Source of the DNA: Carcharhinus longimanus
Lineage: Eukaryota
Direction: 5' to 3'
DNA: 64,000 bases
NCBI GenBank assembly: GCA_030264375.1
Contig: JASCQW010000061.1
Span: 71,882,224 to 71,946,223, forward strand
Shown here: piece after piece, positions 1 to 12,100 of the stretch
How the letters are laid out: each line of letters begins with the position of its first letter
Position numbering within the stretch: position 1 is the stretch's first letter
Notes under the pieces: generated by a model
Databases searched by the model: none
Seen by the model: the letters and a program-made list of their open reading frames with translations, nothing else
What the model was told of the DNA's origin: nothing
Translations under genes and position numbers: made by a program

Positions 1-73
1 ATCTTATTGAATGGCGGGGCAGGCTCGAAGGGCTAGTTGGCCTACTCCTGCTCCTATTTCTTATGTTCTTATG
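1..73 (+). mobile_element. CR1 (HER1-like) LINE 3' end
   Basis: gaatggcggggcaggctcgaagggc...ggcctactcctgctcctatttcttatgttcttatg, a CR1 tail with short tandem terminus that recurs at 27177, 29340, 35630 and 48200. Confidence 0.85.
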
Positions 74-77
74 AAAA

Positions 78-366
78 GTTAAAGTTCAAGTTTATTTATT
101 TATTAGTCACAATTAAGGGCTTGCATTAACACTGCAATGAAGTTACTGTGAAATTCTCCAAGTCACCACAGTCCAGCGCCTGTTTGGGTCAATGCACTTG
201 ACTAGCATGTCTTTCTGACTGTGCAAGGAAACTGCAGCACCCGGAGGAAACCCCATGGAGACATGGGGAGAATGTGCAAACTCCATACAGAGAATGACCC
301 AAGTCGGGAATTGAACCCAGCTCTCTGATGCTGTGAGGCAGCACTGCTAACCACTGTGCCACCCCA
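78..366 (-). mobile_element. tRNA-derived V-SINE (HE1-like head/body) with non-CR1 tail (type B)
   Basis: On -: gtggcacagtggttagcagtgctgcctcacagc, B-box gggttcaattcc, V-domain tggagtttgcacattctcccc...ggtttcctccgggtgc. Tail ...ttcacagtaacttcattgcagtgttaatg...aataaataaact. Confidence 0.88.
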
Positions 367-374
367 ACATTCTT

Positions 375-560
375 GACGGGGCAGGGTGGGGAGAGGCTAG
401 CGGGCTCGGAGACTTCAGTTCCGGGCCCGCTAATTATATGTAAAGAATGTTTAAGTAATTTATTCAGCTCCATGCTGATTTCTGGCATGAATTTGACGAT
501 GCTGGAAATCCGGCAGGTGGAGACATGTAGAGGCCATGGTGTCCAGCAGGAAATCTGCTA
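375..560. mobile_element. Fragment of the ~1.2-kb non-autonomous Harbinger-like family
   Basis: gctgatttctggcatgaatttgacgatgctggaaatccggcaggtggagac aligns with 11600-11670. Confidence 0.6.
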
Positions 561-837
561 AATGTCCTCTTTGCAGACTTGAAGATGTGCTTCCTCAGGT
601 TCGAGAGCAGCTGGATATTCATTTTCTGTTCAGGAACCTGGCTGCTTTGTCAGTGTCCCCCTGGGATTGGATTGTCTGTACTGGCTCATCTGTCTCAAAA
701 TGGACATAGCTTCTCCCCCCCTCCCCTGAGCAGAATATACGCGACTTGACTGATGGCATGAAGAGCTACCAACCACAAGATGCCACCCAAGTCCACAGTC
801 CCATGTTGGGCGCGGTGGGCTCGAGGAGGAGTTCTTG

Positions 838-1012
838 GAATGCTGCCGGGATAGTTTCCTTGAACTGTGTGTTGGAGCCGACGAGGGAGCGAGCTATCTT
901 GGATCTGGTGTTATGGAATGAGGCGGGTAGAATTGGGGACCTTGCGGTGAAGGATCCTCTTGGGGAGAGTGATCATTGTATGGTGGAGTTTCTGGTGCAG
1001 ATGGAGGAGGAG
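838..1012 (+). mobile_element. CR1 ORF2 endonuclease fragment
   Basis: EPTRERAILDLVLWNE...PLGESDHCMVEF is the APE-endonuclease C-terminal motif (PTR..LDLVL..SDH). It is cut by an N gap. Confidence 0.85.
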
Positions 1013-1612
1013 NNNNNNNNNNNNNNNNNNNNNNNNNNNNNNNNNNNNNNNNNNNNNNNNNNNNNNNNNNNNNNNNNNNNNNNNNNNNNNNNNNNNNNNN
1101 NNNNNNNNNNNNNNNNNNNNNNNNNNNNNNNNNNNNNNNNNNNNNNNNNNNNNNNNNNNNNNNNNNNNNNNNNNNNNNNNNNNNNNNNNNNNNNNNNNNN
1201 NNNNNNNNNNNNNNNNNNNNNNNNNNNNNNNNNNNNNNNNNNNNNNNNNNNNNNNNNNNNNNNNNNNNNNNNNNNNNNNNNNNNNNNNNNNNNNNNNNNN
1301 NNNNNNNNNNNNNNNNNNNNNNNNNNNNNNNNNNNNNNNNNNNNNNNNNNNNNNNNNNNNNNNNNNNNNNNNNNNNNNNNNNNNNNNNNNNNNNNNNNNN
1401 NNNNNNNNNNNNNNNNNNNNNNNNNNNNNNNNNNNNNNNNNNNNNNNNNNNNNNNNNNNNNNNNNNNNNNNNNNNNNNNNNNNNNNNNNNNNNNNNNNNN
1501 NNNNNNNNNNNNNNNNNNNNNNNNNNNNNNNNNNNNNNNNNNNNNNNNNNNNNNNNNNNNNNNNNNNNNNNNNNNNNNNNNNNNNNNNNNNNNNNNNNNN
1601 NNNNNNNNNNCC

Positions 1613-1762
1613 TGGGGGTCTGTGGGGAGGTCTGGGGAGTGTGTGTTGCTGGGGGTCTGTGGGAAGAATGGGGAGTGTGTGTTGCTGAAGGTCTGTGGGG
1701 GATTTGGTGAATGTGTGGTGTTGGGGGTGGGGGGAGGTAGCGTGGGGACTGTGTGTTGCTGG
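1613..1762 (+). repeat. G-rich ~36-bp minisatellite, ~4 degenerate copies visible
   Basis: Unit gggggtctgtgggraggwytggggagtgtgtgttgct. It abuts an N gap, so the array may be longer. Confidence 0.75.
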
Positions 1763-1855
1763 CTGTGGATGAACAGAGTTCTTTAACCTCTCCTTGTGTC
1801 TCTCTCCTTCCCTAATGTCCACCCCCCACTTCAGATCGACGAGTCAGTTTTTGCA

Positions 1856-3021
1856 ATGCAACCCATAGAACAGCAAGATCATTTGGTTGCTGCTGAAGCT
1901 GAGGAAGAGCAGGAGGATGAACTGTGGCCAGAGGAGGCCAGGCCTTACCATTCGCAGGAGCAGAGGGAGATGACCATTGAGGGCAGGATGTGGCCGTCAT
2001 CTGCCCCGAGGATGGGTGCAATAGAAGGAGGGGACAGAGACCCGGGCAGTTCCACACGAGGGTCCTTCAAGCAACTGCCCGACATCGCATGCTGCCGACA
2101 GCTCCGACTCTGAAAAGAGACAGTGCGAGACCTGTTTCATTTGTTGCAGGACTTGGCACCTCCGGGCACAAGTACTTACTTCTGATGGCTGTGAAGGGGT
2201 CAGCTGCCTTAAACCTTTACACCACCAGGTCCTTTCAGACCAGTAGAGACCTTTATGACATTTCCCAACCATCCGTCTACAAGTGTGTGAAAGAGGTCGT
2301 GGATGCTGTATGTTCCTGGGCTGGCCAGTATATTAGATTTGACCTAGACCAGGCCCAGCAGAAGCCATTGTGGGGATGCCAAATATGCAGGGTGCACCCA
2401 TGTCAAGATCCTGGTGAAGAATCTAGGAAGAGTCATGAACAGAAAGGGCTTCCAATCAATAAATGTGTAATTGGTGTGTGATTGAACATCATGTATGTCT
2501 GCGCCCGCCACCCTAGCAGCATGACAGCTTTTTTCTGGGGAGCTCAGACATATTGGAGGTCTTTGAGGAGGAGCCCAGGGTGCAGGGATGGCTTGTGGGG
2601 AACATGAAGTACCTGCATTGCACNNNNNNNNNNGATGCCTGTGTGGACGCCTGGGACTGAGGCAGAGACCCAATATAATGAGGCCCACGTTGCCACCCGT
2701 TCAATAATGGAGCAGTGCATAGGGCTCCTGAAAATGTGGTTCGGATGCCTGGACTGCTCTGGTGGGGTCCTCCAATATAGCCCCTTGATATTGTCCCACA
2801 TTGTAGTGATATGCTGTGCTCTACACAAACTGGCACAGCAACGAGGAGACCTTTTGGAGGAGGAGGACGTGGAGGCCAACCAGCCAGGCACTGCTGGGAA
2901 AGAAGAAGAGGAGGAGGTGGAAGATGACAATGACCAACACCATTCAGGGGCTGGAGGACTGGTGGAAGCAAGGGTCAGGCATGTGAGGGCAGCCCTGATC
3001 GCCGCGCACTTTGGTCACTAG
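1856..3021 (+). pseudogene. PIF/Harbinger (HARBI1-like) DDE transposase, disrupted by stops and frameshifts
   Basis: Across frames: SFKQLPDIACCRQLRL*KETVRDLFHLL, AALNLYTTRSFQ..DLYDISQPSVYKCVKEVVDA, NRKGFQSINV*LVCD, QGWLVG, YNEAHVATRSIMEQCIGLLKMWFGCLDCSGGVLQYSP..IVVICCALHKLA. Preceded by branch point, pyrimidine tract and CAG acceptor at 1812-1834. Confidence 0.92.
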
Positions 3022-3707
3022 GGGTCTGTGTTGCCACACGTAGGTTCGATTCCCACCATGCCTTGAAGTCCTACAATCTCCTGCAACATTGTAACACCAG
3101 AGTGGTGAGCCTGGTTTGCTATATAAGTGAGATTCTGTGGCAGGCAGGACGGTGATGATGACTTGCTATACACCACTGTGATGATGGTCTGATGTAAACT
3201 AGTCTGACTCCCACCTGAGCTATTACATGCACATTGGCACCTGGGCCCATGTTTGGGTAGTGCATAAAGGATCACTAAACTCCCAAGCAGCACCCTGGGG
3301 CTGGTGGGGCGGGGTGGGGTGGGGTGGAGGTGGGGCGGAAGCGAGAGGGAATCTCTGCTGGGTTCTGGGGATTCCATGGCAGACATTGTAAGTCGCTGCC
3401 AATGCCTGCCATCTACTTTAGCCAGTGAATTATTTGAGTTCCTTGATTTTTACAATAGCAGTGGGCTGAGGGGCCTCTCCCACTGACATCAACATGCAGG
3501 GCCCCTCCGGTGACTGTCGAGGTAAGTGCATGTTAGAGGCTAGTTGGAGACAAGTTAGTCACAGATGTGGGGTGAAATAATGTTTATTGGAGCCAATAAT
3601 TGTGCTTTCAAAATAAGTGATAATATAAAAACATATGAATGTGACACTTTAAAGTGCTGAAATATTGTACCTACCCAATGTTGTCCTTCACGTGTACCAT
3701 CTTAATG

Positions 3708-5400
3708 CTACCACAACTTCTTAACCTTACGTGGCTTATCACTAGTCTTGGTGTCTCCCCAGGATGTACATTGGAGGTGAGGTGGCCAGCTGTCTTCTGT
3801 GCCCCATGGCCTGTGATGCCCTTGGTGATCATCCTCTGGAGGGCTTGGACCTTGAGGGCCTTGGCCAGTTTCCAGGTGTCTGGGACATTTCCATGACACC
3901 CTCTTCATCCCATTGCCCTCGAGGTTGCCCAGTGTCAGAAAGGGGGGAGTCAGAAGGTGTAGCCGCAGCTGCAGTCTCCTGGCTGGAAGGCCCCGGCTCA
4001 AGCCCTTCCTCCTCCCTTGGGCTTCCTTTGGCCCCGGGTCACTCCATAGGACAATGGTGGTTCTGCAGTGAGCTCCAGAAGCTCCGGCGTCATCTGGCCC
4101 TGTCAGTCCTGGAGAACCACCTTTCTTGCCATGGTTGTTGAGCCTGCTGCGATGGCCCTCTGAGAGTCAGGGGCCACCTATCAATGGCAGCAGTAAGTTC
4201 CCTCTGAGACTGGGCCACGCTCTGCAGCCCATTAGCCATGACCCTCTGTGACTGACCACATTCTCGAGGGCTGCAGCCACAGCCCGCTGTCTCAGCACTG
4301 TCCTGCTGGGCCTCTTGCAAGCTCTGCAGTCTCTCAGCCATGGGCCGCAGAATCTTGAGAAGCCTGTTGAGACCCTCAGCTGTGGCTTGCTGTGACTCGG
4401 CCATCACTTTGATTTGATTTGATTTATTATTGTCACATGTATTAGTATACAGTGAGAAGTATTGTTTCTTGTGTGCTATACAGACAAAGCATACTGTTCA
4501 TAGAGAAGGAAAGGAGAGAGTGCAGAATCTAGTGTTATACTCATAGCTAGGGTGTAGAGAAAGATCAGCTTAGTGCAGGTAGATCCTTTCAGAAGTCTGA
4601 TAGTAGCGGGGAAGAAGCTGTTCTTGAGTTGGTTGGTGCATGACTTCAGACTTTTGTACCCTGCCACTCATGGTGAGGATCCCCTGTCCCAAGCTTTCCA
4701 CCACGGACAGCACCCTTGCAATATTGCCATTGGAAGTACACAAGACAGGTAATAGCTGGTCTGCCTGAAAGCTTTGGAACTTCTCCCAACAGCGTCACCG
4801 TCAGTCCAGTGTGGCCATCAGCCCCTCCTGCATTCCCTGGCTTTATTGCTATGTCTCCAGCAGCTGAGGGAGAAGTGATGACAAAGGCTCAGTCTGGGGC
4901 TAGCTGTGTCCTTGACTCCAGCAGGCCCCACATGCCTTCTCCACCCGATGTACATCAGCAGATGTGTCGCGCGCACCAGAGAGTGACCCAGATGCCTCAC
5001 CACTAACTTGACCCACTGATGTGAGATTCTCTGGGATGGTGAATTGTGAGGTGGAAACTAATGCAAAACTGGTGCTGGTCTCGGAAGGTCCCTTCCTCAG
5101 CTTCCTCTGGCAAGTCTTCTGAGCTTTCACCTCTTAGTGCCAGTAATGCAGCTCTGTGCCACTGGTTGAGAAGCTGAGCATTATTCTCTGCTTCCTAAGT
5201 AGGTTTATAGAGTGTCTATTAGATCCCATGGCTTCTCACTGTGTTCATGATATCCAAACACGGTCCCAAATACTGTGTTCCCTGTGCTTCCCAACTGAGT
5301 ACTTAAAGCTGCTCCTCTATGGCCTGTTAATGAGCTCATCAATGAGTTCAACAACTAGTTAATTGGAAGTATGTAGCTTCCTGCTTTCCCTTTGAAATTG
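3708..5400 (-). pseudogene. Harbinger second gene (Myb/SANT-like DNA-binding partner) remnant, convergent with the transposase
   Basis: Tail-to-tail with the transposase. Coiled-coil-like ORF 4090-4407 (AESQQATAEGLNRL...QSQRVMANGLQSVAQSQREL) and a weak Myb-like N-terminus near 5400-5250 (RESRK..ELIDEL..IWDRV). AATAAA on - at 3583-3588. Confidence 0.55.
4408..4658 (-). mobile_element. Rex1/Babar-type LINE 3' end nested in the Harbinger element
   Basis: YKSLKSCTNQLKNSFFPATIRLL RT C-terminus, 3'UTR and (CAAAT)n tail. Near-identical copy at 54982-55228. Confidence 0.8.
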
Positions 5401-5899
5401 TGTCCTGTTTTGGAGGCATTGGGATCCAGTGATTTTCCATGTGCGCAAGCACCCATCTGCAACTGAAAACCCAGTGCTAACTTTCTGCCAAATACCATGC
5501 AAATTGATTTCTGACTGACCTAGAGTTTCACCACTCGCCAAACTTTCTCATCTTCAGAATTCTTTGTGGAGGAATGCTTGATTGTTGCTTTGCGCTCCTT
5601 CTTAATGATATGGCTATGACTGGCAGCTTCGAATGTGGTATAGAGCAGTACTTGATCATGGATTTCTATTGTTTCTTAATTATATAGCTGAGATTGTGGC
5701 GAATGGCAACTAGGAGTCAACATCCTATCTCATGTTGCTCAAGTATCAAGTGTTAGGCCACAAGAACAGGGTAATGTAGGTGTCTGAAATATTACTCGGC
5801 AGTAGCCATGTTGCCCACTTGACCAATTTTCTACGCCAATAATATATTTAAAAAGCAGAAAGTCTTGACAGATTACCATCTCATCACCCTCCTCTAAAA

Positions 5900-6745
5900 A
5901 TGTCACCAACTGTGCTATCAAGTGCCATTTTACATAGCAAAGACCTGCTCACTAATCCTTAGTTTGGGTTCTGCGAGAGCTCTCAGCTACTGACCTCATT
6001 ATAGCCTTCAATCAAAAATGGGCAAAATACTTCATTAGCAGAGGTGAAAATGCCTGCCCTTGATTTCAAGGCAGTTTTTGTGACATCAAGGAGCCCTCTC
6101 AAAATTGAAGTCAATGGGAATCAGGGAAAACTCTTCACTAGTTGAAGTTACACACAGCACAACAAAGATGTTGGAGATCAATTGTCTCTGTCCTTTGATA
6201 TTGCTGCAGAGTTTCTCAGGGTAGTGCCCCAGGCCCAACTGTCTCAGCAGCTCAGATACTGAAGCAGTCTATGTCCAAATACATCAAGACCTGAACAACA
6301 TTTCGGCTTGGGCTAGAAGTGTTAAGTGACATTCATGCCTCACAAATGCCAGGCAGTGACTATATCCAACAAAAGAGAATCTAACCATCAACCATCTGAC
6401 ATTTAATGGCTTTACCATTACTGAACACTATCAACATTCTAGGGGTTACTAGANNNNNNNNNNNNNNNNNNNNNNNNNNNNNNNNNNNNNNNNNNNNNNN
6501 NNNNNNNNNNNNNNNNNNNNNNNNNNNNNNNNNNNNNNNNNNNNNNNNNNNNNNNNNNNNNNNNNNNNNNNNCCCCCTCCCCCCACCACACCAAAGCCTG
6601 TCCACCACCTACAAGGTACAAGTCAGAAGTATGATGCAATACTTTCCACTGAATGCAGCTCCAACACCATTCAGGAAGTTTAACATCATCCAGGACAAAG
6701 CTTTCTGCTTGATTGGCCCCTCACCCATTACCTTCAGTATTGACT
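5900..6745 (+). mobile_element. L2/CR1-group LINE (second family), decayed RT region
   Basis: ALDFKAVF..HQGALSKLKSMGIR, PQGS.LGP-like segment, LSTTYKVQVRSMMQYFPL. Homologous to 21880-22870 and 51005-51720. Confidence 0.75.
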
Positions 6746-6800
6746 ATTTTCAGATCTTCCTGATTGCACCACACACATGTTGCAAAGGCTGCAACACATG

Positions 6801-6904
6801 GGGCAGAATTTTACTGCCTCACTCGTTCTGAAACCGTAAAATCTTTCATGGTCCGCCCTTGCCTACTTAGATTCTTGTGGTGGTGGGGCGGTAAAATTCT
6901 GGCC
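6801..6904. mobile_element. Harbinger/Tourist-like MITE (~105 bp)
   Basis: TIRs GGGCAGAATTTTAC / GTAAAATTCTGGCC. Confidence 0.8.
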
Positions 6905-7092
6905 AGGTACTTTCCTTGTTTGTATAAAAATCAGAAGCTTTCTGCGAAGGTATTAATCAACATACCTAAACTCTAGCATACTAAGAATTTGCAAACAATA
7001 AGATACCACATAGCTTTGCAATGCTTTACAAAATCTTTAAAACACTTGATATATGCATCTCAAGATACGCATAGGATGGGAGACTAAGACAA

Positions 7093-8415
7093 GGGGTCGA
7101 TTCTCTCATCATGCTGTGCTAATTTATTATTATTTATAATTTCAGCGGGCCTGGATTAGCATGATCTGTGCTGGGCGTACAGATCCCAGCACCTCTCCCA
7201 ATGCTAGATTTCTGGTGCAGAGTGCANNNNNNNNNNNNNNNNNNNNNNNNNNNNNNNNNNNNNNNNNNNNNNNNNNNNNNNNNNNNNNNNNNNNNNNNNN
7301 NNNNNNNNNNNNNNNNNNNNNNNNNNAGATTTCTGGTGCAGAGTTCATTAGGTATGCAGCGAGGGATTTTAATATAAATATGATAAGTAGACCTGGGACT
7401 GAAGTTCCCCCCCAATTAGGAGTGGTTCACTCCAGCAGAATTTGGAATAGTTCCTCACTTTCGGGGAGCTAGTGGTCCGATCTACTGGAGTGAAGAGGAG
7501 GGGGGGTGCTATCGGGAAACCCCAGATGATTGGGTGGCTGGGGAGTTGCCCTCAGGTTATTGGTACCTTGACAGTACCAGCCTGGCCTCCTGACACTGCC
7601 CAATGGGCATCAAGCAGTGCAAAGGGGATAAGGCCTATTTGGGAGGGGGGGGGGGCAGGGCCTGGTGGGGCAATCAGTGGGGAGGGGAGTCCTGCTGCCA
7701 CTCTACAGACAGAACCAGTGGGGAAAGGAGGGACTGGGGCTGTCCATGGGGGTTGGGGCCAGCCTGCTGTGGGAGTTGGGAGTTGGTACTTCAGTATGGG
7801 TTGGGACTGCGGGGATGGAGTCAGGGCTGCACATTGGGGGGAAATGGGTTGGCACTGATTGGGTGGGAAATCGGCAGGGGGTGGGNNNNNNNNNNCGCCC
7901 AGACATGACCAGGGGGCCAGTGATGGAGCCATGGGAGGGGGTGGTAGGAGGGCTGGCAGTGTGGGAGTCCTGGGCCTGGTCAGTAATTGAATTGGCCAGT
8001 GATCAGGAGACTGGCAGACAAAGGTCACTGCACATGCGCTGATCTCAGCACTGACAGATCAGTAGCCCGGTCAGCACTATACTGCCGGCTTCTCCAGCAG
8101 GAAAAGGCCCCACCTATTGATTTCCAATGTGAATCACGCTAGTGCACTCTGCAGTGCACAGAGTATGGGAGATACATTTTTNNNNNNNNNNNNNNNNNNN
8201 NNNNNNNNNNNNNNNNNNNNNNNNNNNNNNNNNNNNNNNNNNNNNNNNNNNNNNNNNNNNNNNNNNNNNNNNNNNNNNNNNGAATCACGCTAGTGCACTC
8301 TGCAGTGCACAGAGTATGGGAGATACATTTTTAAACTCCTGCTGAAGAAAACAGTGTGATTTACATCAGTTTTTACACAAATTTGGCACTTAGAATTTCT
8401 TTGGTAGAATCACTC
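7093..8415 (-). mobile_element. Non-autonomous Harbinger-like element (~1.2 kb, GC-rich core), copy A
   Basis: Ends GGGGTCGATTCTCTC ... GGTAGAATCACTC. Reverse-complement homologue of 10525-11745 and 20424-21063, direct homologue of 54683-55600. Confidence 0.8.
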
Positions 8416-8754
8416 AGATAATATTTAGTTAGTAATGAGCTAAGTTGATATTTTTATTCAGACAATCCACAAGGAATTGTATTCAAAAGAGAAGAGATAC
8501 AAAATCTAGGGGAATGTAATGCCTTGTACAGTTGGTTCAATATACACAGAATTGTGCTGATGTGGGTTTGTAATGATCTTATTTCTGAGTGGGTGGCTGT
8601 ACTTTTGATCACTAATTAAGGATGAGTGATGTACATGCGGAGATATAATTATTGAAAAATCTTGGAGATTATTGCTGTATTAATTCATGTGCTTTTTCTA
8701 CATGGATATTGTCTGAATTTTAGAAGGAAGATTCTAAATAAGAGCATATGACAT

Positions 8755-9140
8755 GGGACTGGATTTTATGGGCCAGGTGGTGCATTATTAGCATCCCATT
8801 GCAAGAGCCATCTGGTAGATAAAGCACTTAAAAGAAACTCACCCCACAGCCATAATGCACTGCTGGCAGGTTAAACACAGTGAGACTGGGAATTCTGCCC
8901 CTCGGGGGTAGGGACTAAGTTCCATCCTTGAGAGTTTTCAGTCAACCCTATTGGCTGGCAGCTCTCTAGCAGTCCCAGAACTAAGTAGTGGATGCTTCTG
9001 GGACTGTTAGTAGGCTCATGAAGAAGACAACCCAGGTGTCCAGATCAAAGTAAATCAGGGTCTTGGACAGAGTGGCTTTAGGCAGCTAAGGGAAGGAACA
9101 AGATGGGTGGCAGGATATGCTGTGGAGGGCAGGTGGGGAT
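8755..9140. mobile_element. Older dispersed repeat, probably a non-autonomous DNA transposon. Related copies ~13940-14540, ~53890-54060, ~55860-56250
   Basis: Shared core attggctggcagctctc..gcagtcccag..ctgggactg and a TIR-like start GGGACTGGATTTTATG. Confidence 0.5.
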
Positions 9141-9147
9141 GGACAAA

Positions 9148-12100
9148 ACATAGAAAATAGGAGCAGGTGTAGGCTATTCAGTCAATCAAGCCTGCTTTGC
9201 TATTCAATGTGATCATAGCTGACCCTGTATCTCATCGCCATACTCCTGCCCTTTTCCCAAACCCCTTGACAAAGATGTGCAGATTAGATGGATTGATCAT
9301 GCTAAATTGCTGCTTAGTGTCCCAGTGAAGGGGATTACTGGGGTAAATACATTGAGTTATGGAGATAGGGCAGGGCTGGGCCTGGGTAAGATGCTCTGTC
9401 AGAGACTCAGTCCAGACTCGATAGCCCAAATGGTCTCCTATGACACCATCAATGTTTAGAAATCTATTTCTATCTTAAATACAGTCTATGACTTGGCCTC
9501 AAAGCCTTATGGTAGAGAATTTCACAGATTCATCATTCTCTGAATGAAGAAATTTCTTCTCATCTCAGTTCTAAATGGCCTACTTAGTATCCTGGAATCA
9601 GCCCTCAGCAAGGGGAACAGTTATCTTTGCATTCAGCCTATCCAGCTGTCAGAATATTTTACATTTCAATGAGAGACCCTCTCATTCTTCTGAACTCCGG
9701 TGAATACAGGCCTAGTTGATCCAATCTCTCCTCATGGAACAATCCTGCTGTATTAGGAATCAGTCTAGTGAACCTTCACTGCATTCCCTCGATAACAAGT
9801 AGCATTTTCTCAGGTAAAGAAACAAAATTTGCACACAATACCCGAGGTGTGGTGTCATCAAGGTCCTGTATAGCTGCAGCAAGACATCCTTGCTCCCATA
9901 CTCAACATACCATTTGTCCTCCTAATTGCTTGCTGCACCTGCATTTTTGCTTTCAGTGACTGGTGTACAAGGCCCTTTGCACATCAGTATTTCCCAATCT
10001 CTCACCATTTAAATAATACTCTGCCATTTAGTCTCACCATCTGAAGTGGATATCTTCACGCGTGTCCACATTATACTGCATCGTTCATGTGTTTGACCAC
10101 TCATTCAACTTGTCTAAATGACCTTGAAGCCTTTTTACTTCCTCCTCACCACCCACAATTCCAATCAGTTTTGTGGGTTTCAGCAAACTTGGAAATATTA
10201 CATTTGGTTCTCTCATCCAAATTATTGATGTGTATTGTGAATAGTTGGAGCTTAGTCACTGATCCTTGTGGTACACCACTAGTCACCGCTTTCCACTCTA
10301 AAAAAGACCCATTTATTTACTCTGTTTCCTGTCTGCGAACTAATTATTAGCCCATGCCAGGATATTATCTCCAATCCCATGTGGTCTAATCTTGTACACT
10401 AACCTCTAACGTGGGACTTTTATCAAAAGATTTCCGAAAATCCAAATGAACAACTACTACTGGTTCTTCCTTATCTATTTTACTAGTTATGTCCTCAAAA
10501 AGCTCCGGTAGGTTTGTCAAACATGGGATGGAATTCTCCCAAAAATATTCTAAGTGCCGAATTCGCATAAAATCTGGAGTAAATCCTGCTGTTTCCTTCA
10601 GTGGGATTTTCAAAATGAATCTCCCATATTCTGTGCATCACAGAGTGCCCTAGCATGAACCTTGATAGAAATGAGCAGATTCCCGCAGGAGAGACCAGCA
10701 GCATAGCACTGAGTGGGACACTGCACCTTTGCCGATCTGTCAGCAGCGAGGTTGGTGCATGAGGAGTAGCCTGCGCTGCTGGCCTCCTGATCGCTGGCCA
10801 GTTCAATCACTGGCCAGCCCCGCGAACTTGCAACACTCCCCTTCTGACCACCCCATCATGGTCTTATCGCTTGCCTCCTGGACGTGTCTGGGCCTGTCCC
10901 AACTCTCCCCCGCCCCTCCTATAGGGGTCCTGATCTCCCTGATGCCTCCCCCCACAGTCCCGACCACCCCACCCCTCCCCAGGCCTGACACCCCCGGCAG
11001 GCTGCCCCCATCCCCTGCGCCTGATGGCCAGCCTTGATTGCTTCCACCCTCCTTCCCTCACCGATCCTGACTGCAGAGTGACAGCAGGGCCTCCCACCCT
11101 CTCAGGTCGCCTGAGGCCCCACCCTAATAGGCCCCACCCCCAGTGGCTCCACCTCCNNNNNNNNNNNNNNNNNNNNNNNNNNNNNNNNNNNNNNNNNNNN
11201 NNNNNNNNNNNNNNNNNNNNNNNNNNNNNNNNNNNNNNNNNNNNNNNNNNNNNNNNCCTTTGTATTGCCAAATGCCAGTGGGCAACCCCACCACCCCCGA
11301 CTCCCTGAAGATCCTCCATAGCTCCCTTCACTCAAGTGGGTCTGGGCCGCCAGTTCCCTGTTAATGGGGAGCTGTTGTAAACCCCGCTGGAGTGGGGTGG
11401 GGCGGGGGGGGGTGGGAGGTGGTGGGGTTGGTGGTGGGAGAGACCCTAAAGTCCCAGGCCCATTAATCACATTGATGTTTTTTTAATTCACTCGTGGGAC
11501 ATGGGTGTTGGCCAACATTTATTGCCCATCCCTAGTAGGGTTTGAAAAGGTGGTGGTGAGCTGACTTCTTGAATCACTGCAGTTCATCTGGAGATCAGTT
11601 TTACGCTGATATCTGGCATGGAGCTGATGATGCTGGAAATCTGGTGGTTGGAGATGCGTGGAGGCTGTGGCACCCCGTGAGAAACCCAGTATATATCCTC
11701 TACTTATGTCTCCTGGCTCACTGCTGCGGGCTAGGAGAATTGCCCCATGATTTCCATGTTGATTTTGTCTACTCCCGTTGATATTTTCTAGGTGTTATCA
11801 CATCCTTTGTAATAGGCTCTAGCATTTTCCCTACTACTAATGCCAGTCTAACCGGACTGTAATTCCGTTTTCCTCACTCCCTCCTTTTTTAAATGGTAAG
11901 GTTACTTTTGCCACCCTCCAAATTGCTGGAATTTTGGAAGCTGACAACCAACACATTCACTGTTACCACGGCCACTTCCGTTAGTACCCAGGGATATAGA
12001 TTATCAGGCCCTGGCCATTTATCAGCTTCACTTCCATTAATTCTCCCACACAATTTTTTTTATTAAAACTAATTTTCCTCTATTTCTGCTTCTTACTACA

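Noticed and set aside
746-1822. Long ORFs in the track spanning N runs (also at 34102-34927, 41697-42148 and others)
   Set aside because: Open only because Ns contain no stop codons.
1856-3021. Domesticated HARBI1 host gene
   Set aside because: Multiple stops and frameshifts, degraded catalytic motifs and a transposon context indicate a dead element.
7472-8042. Gly/Pro-rich ORFs (also at 10729-11470, 20464-21074, 55224-55709)
   Set aside because: By-products of the GC-rich core of non-autonomous elements. Frames are not conserved between copies.
8130-8331. Exact ~50-bp direct repeat flanking a 100-N gap (similar cases at 7206/7327 and 25236/25366)
   Set aside because: Identical sequence on both sides of fixed-length gaps indicates unmerged contig overlaps, i.e. 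an assembly artefact.
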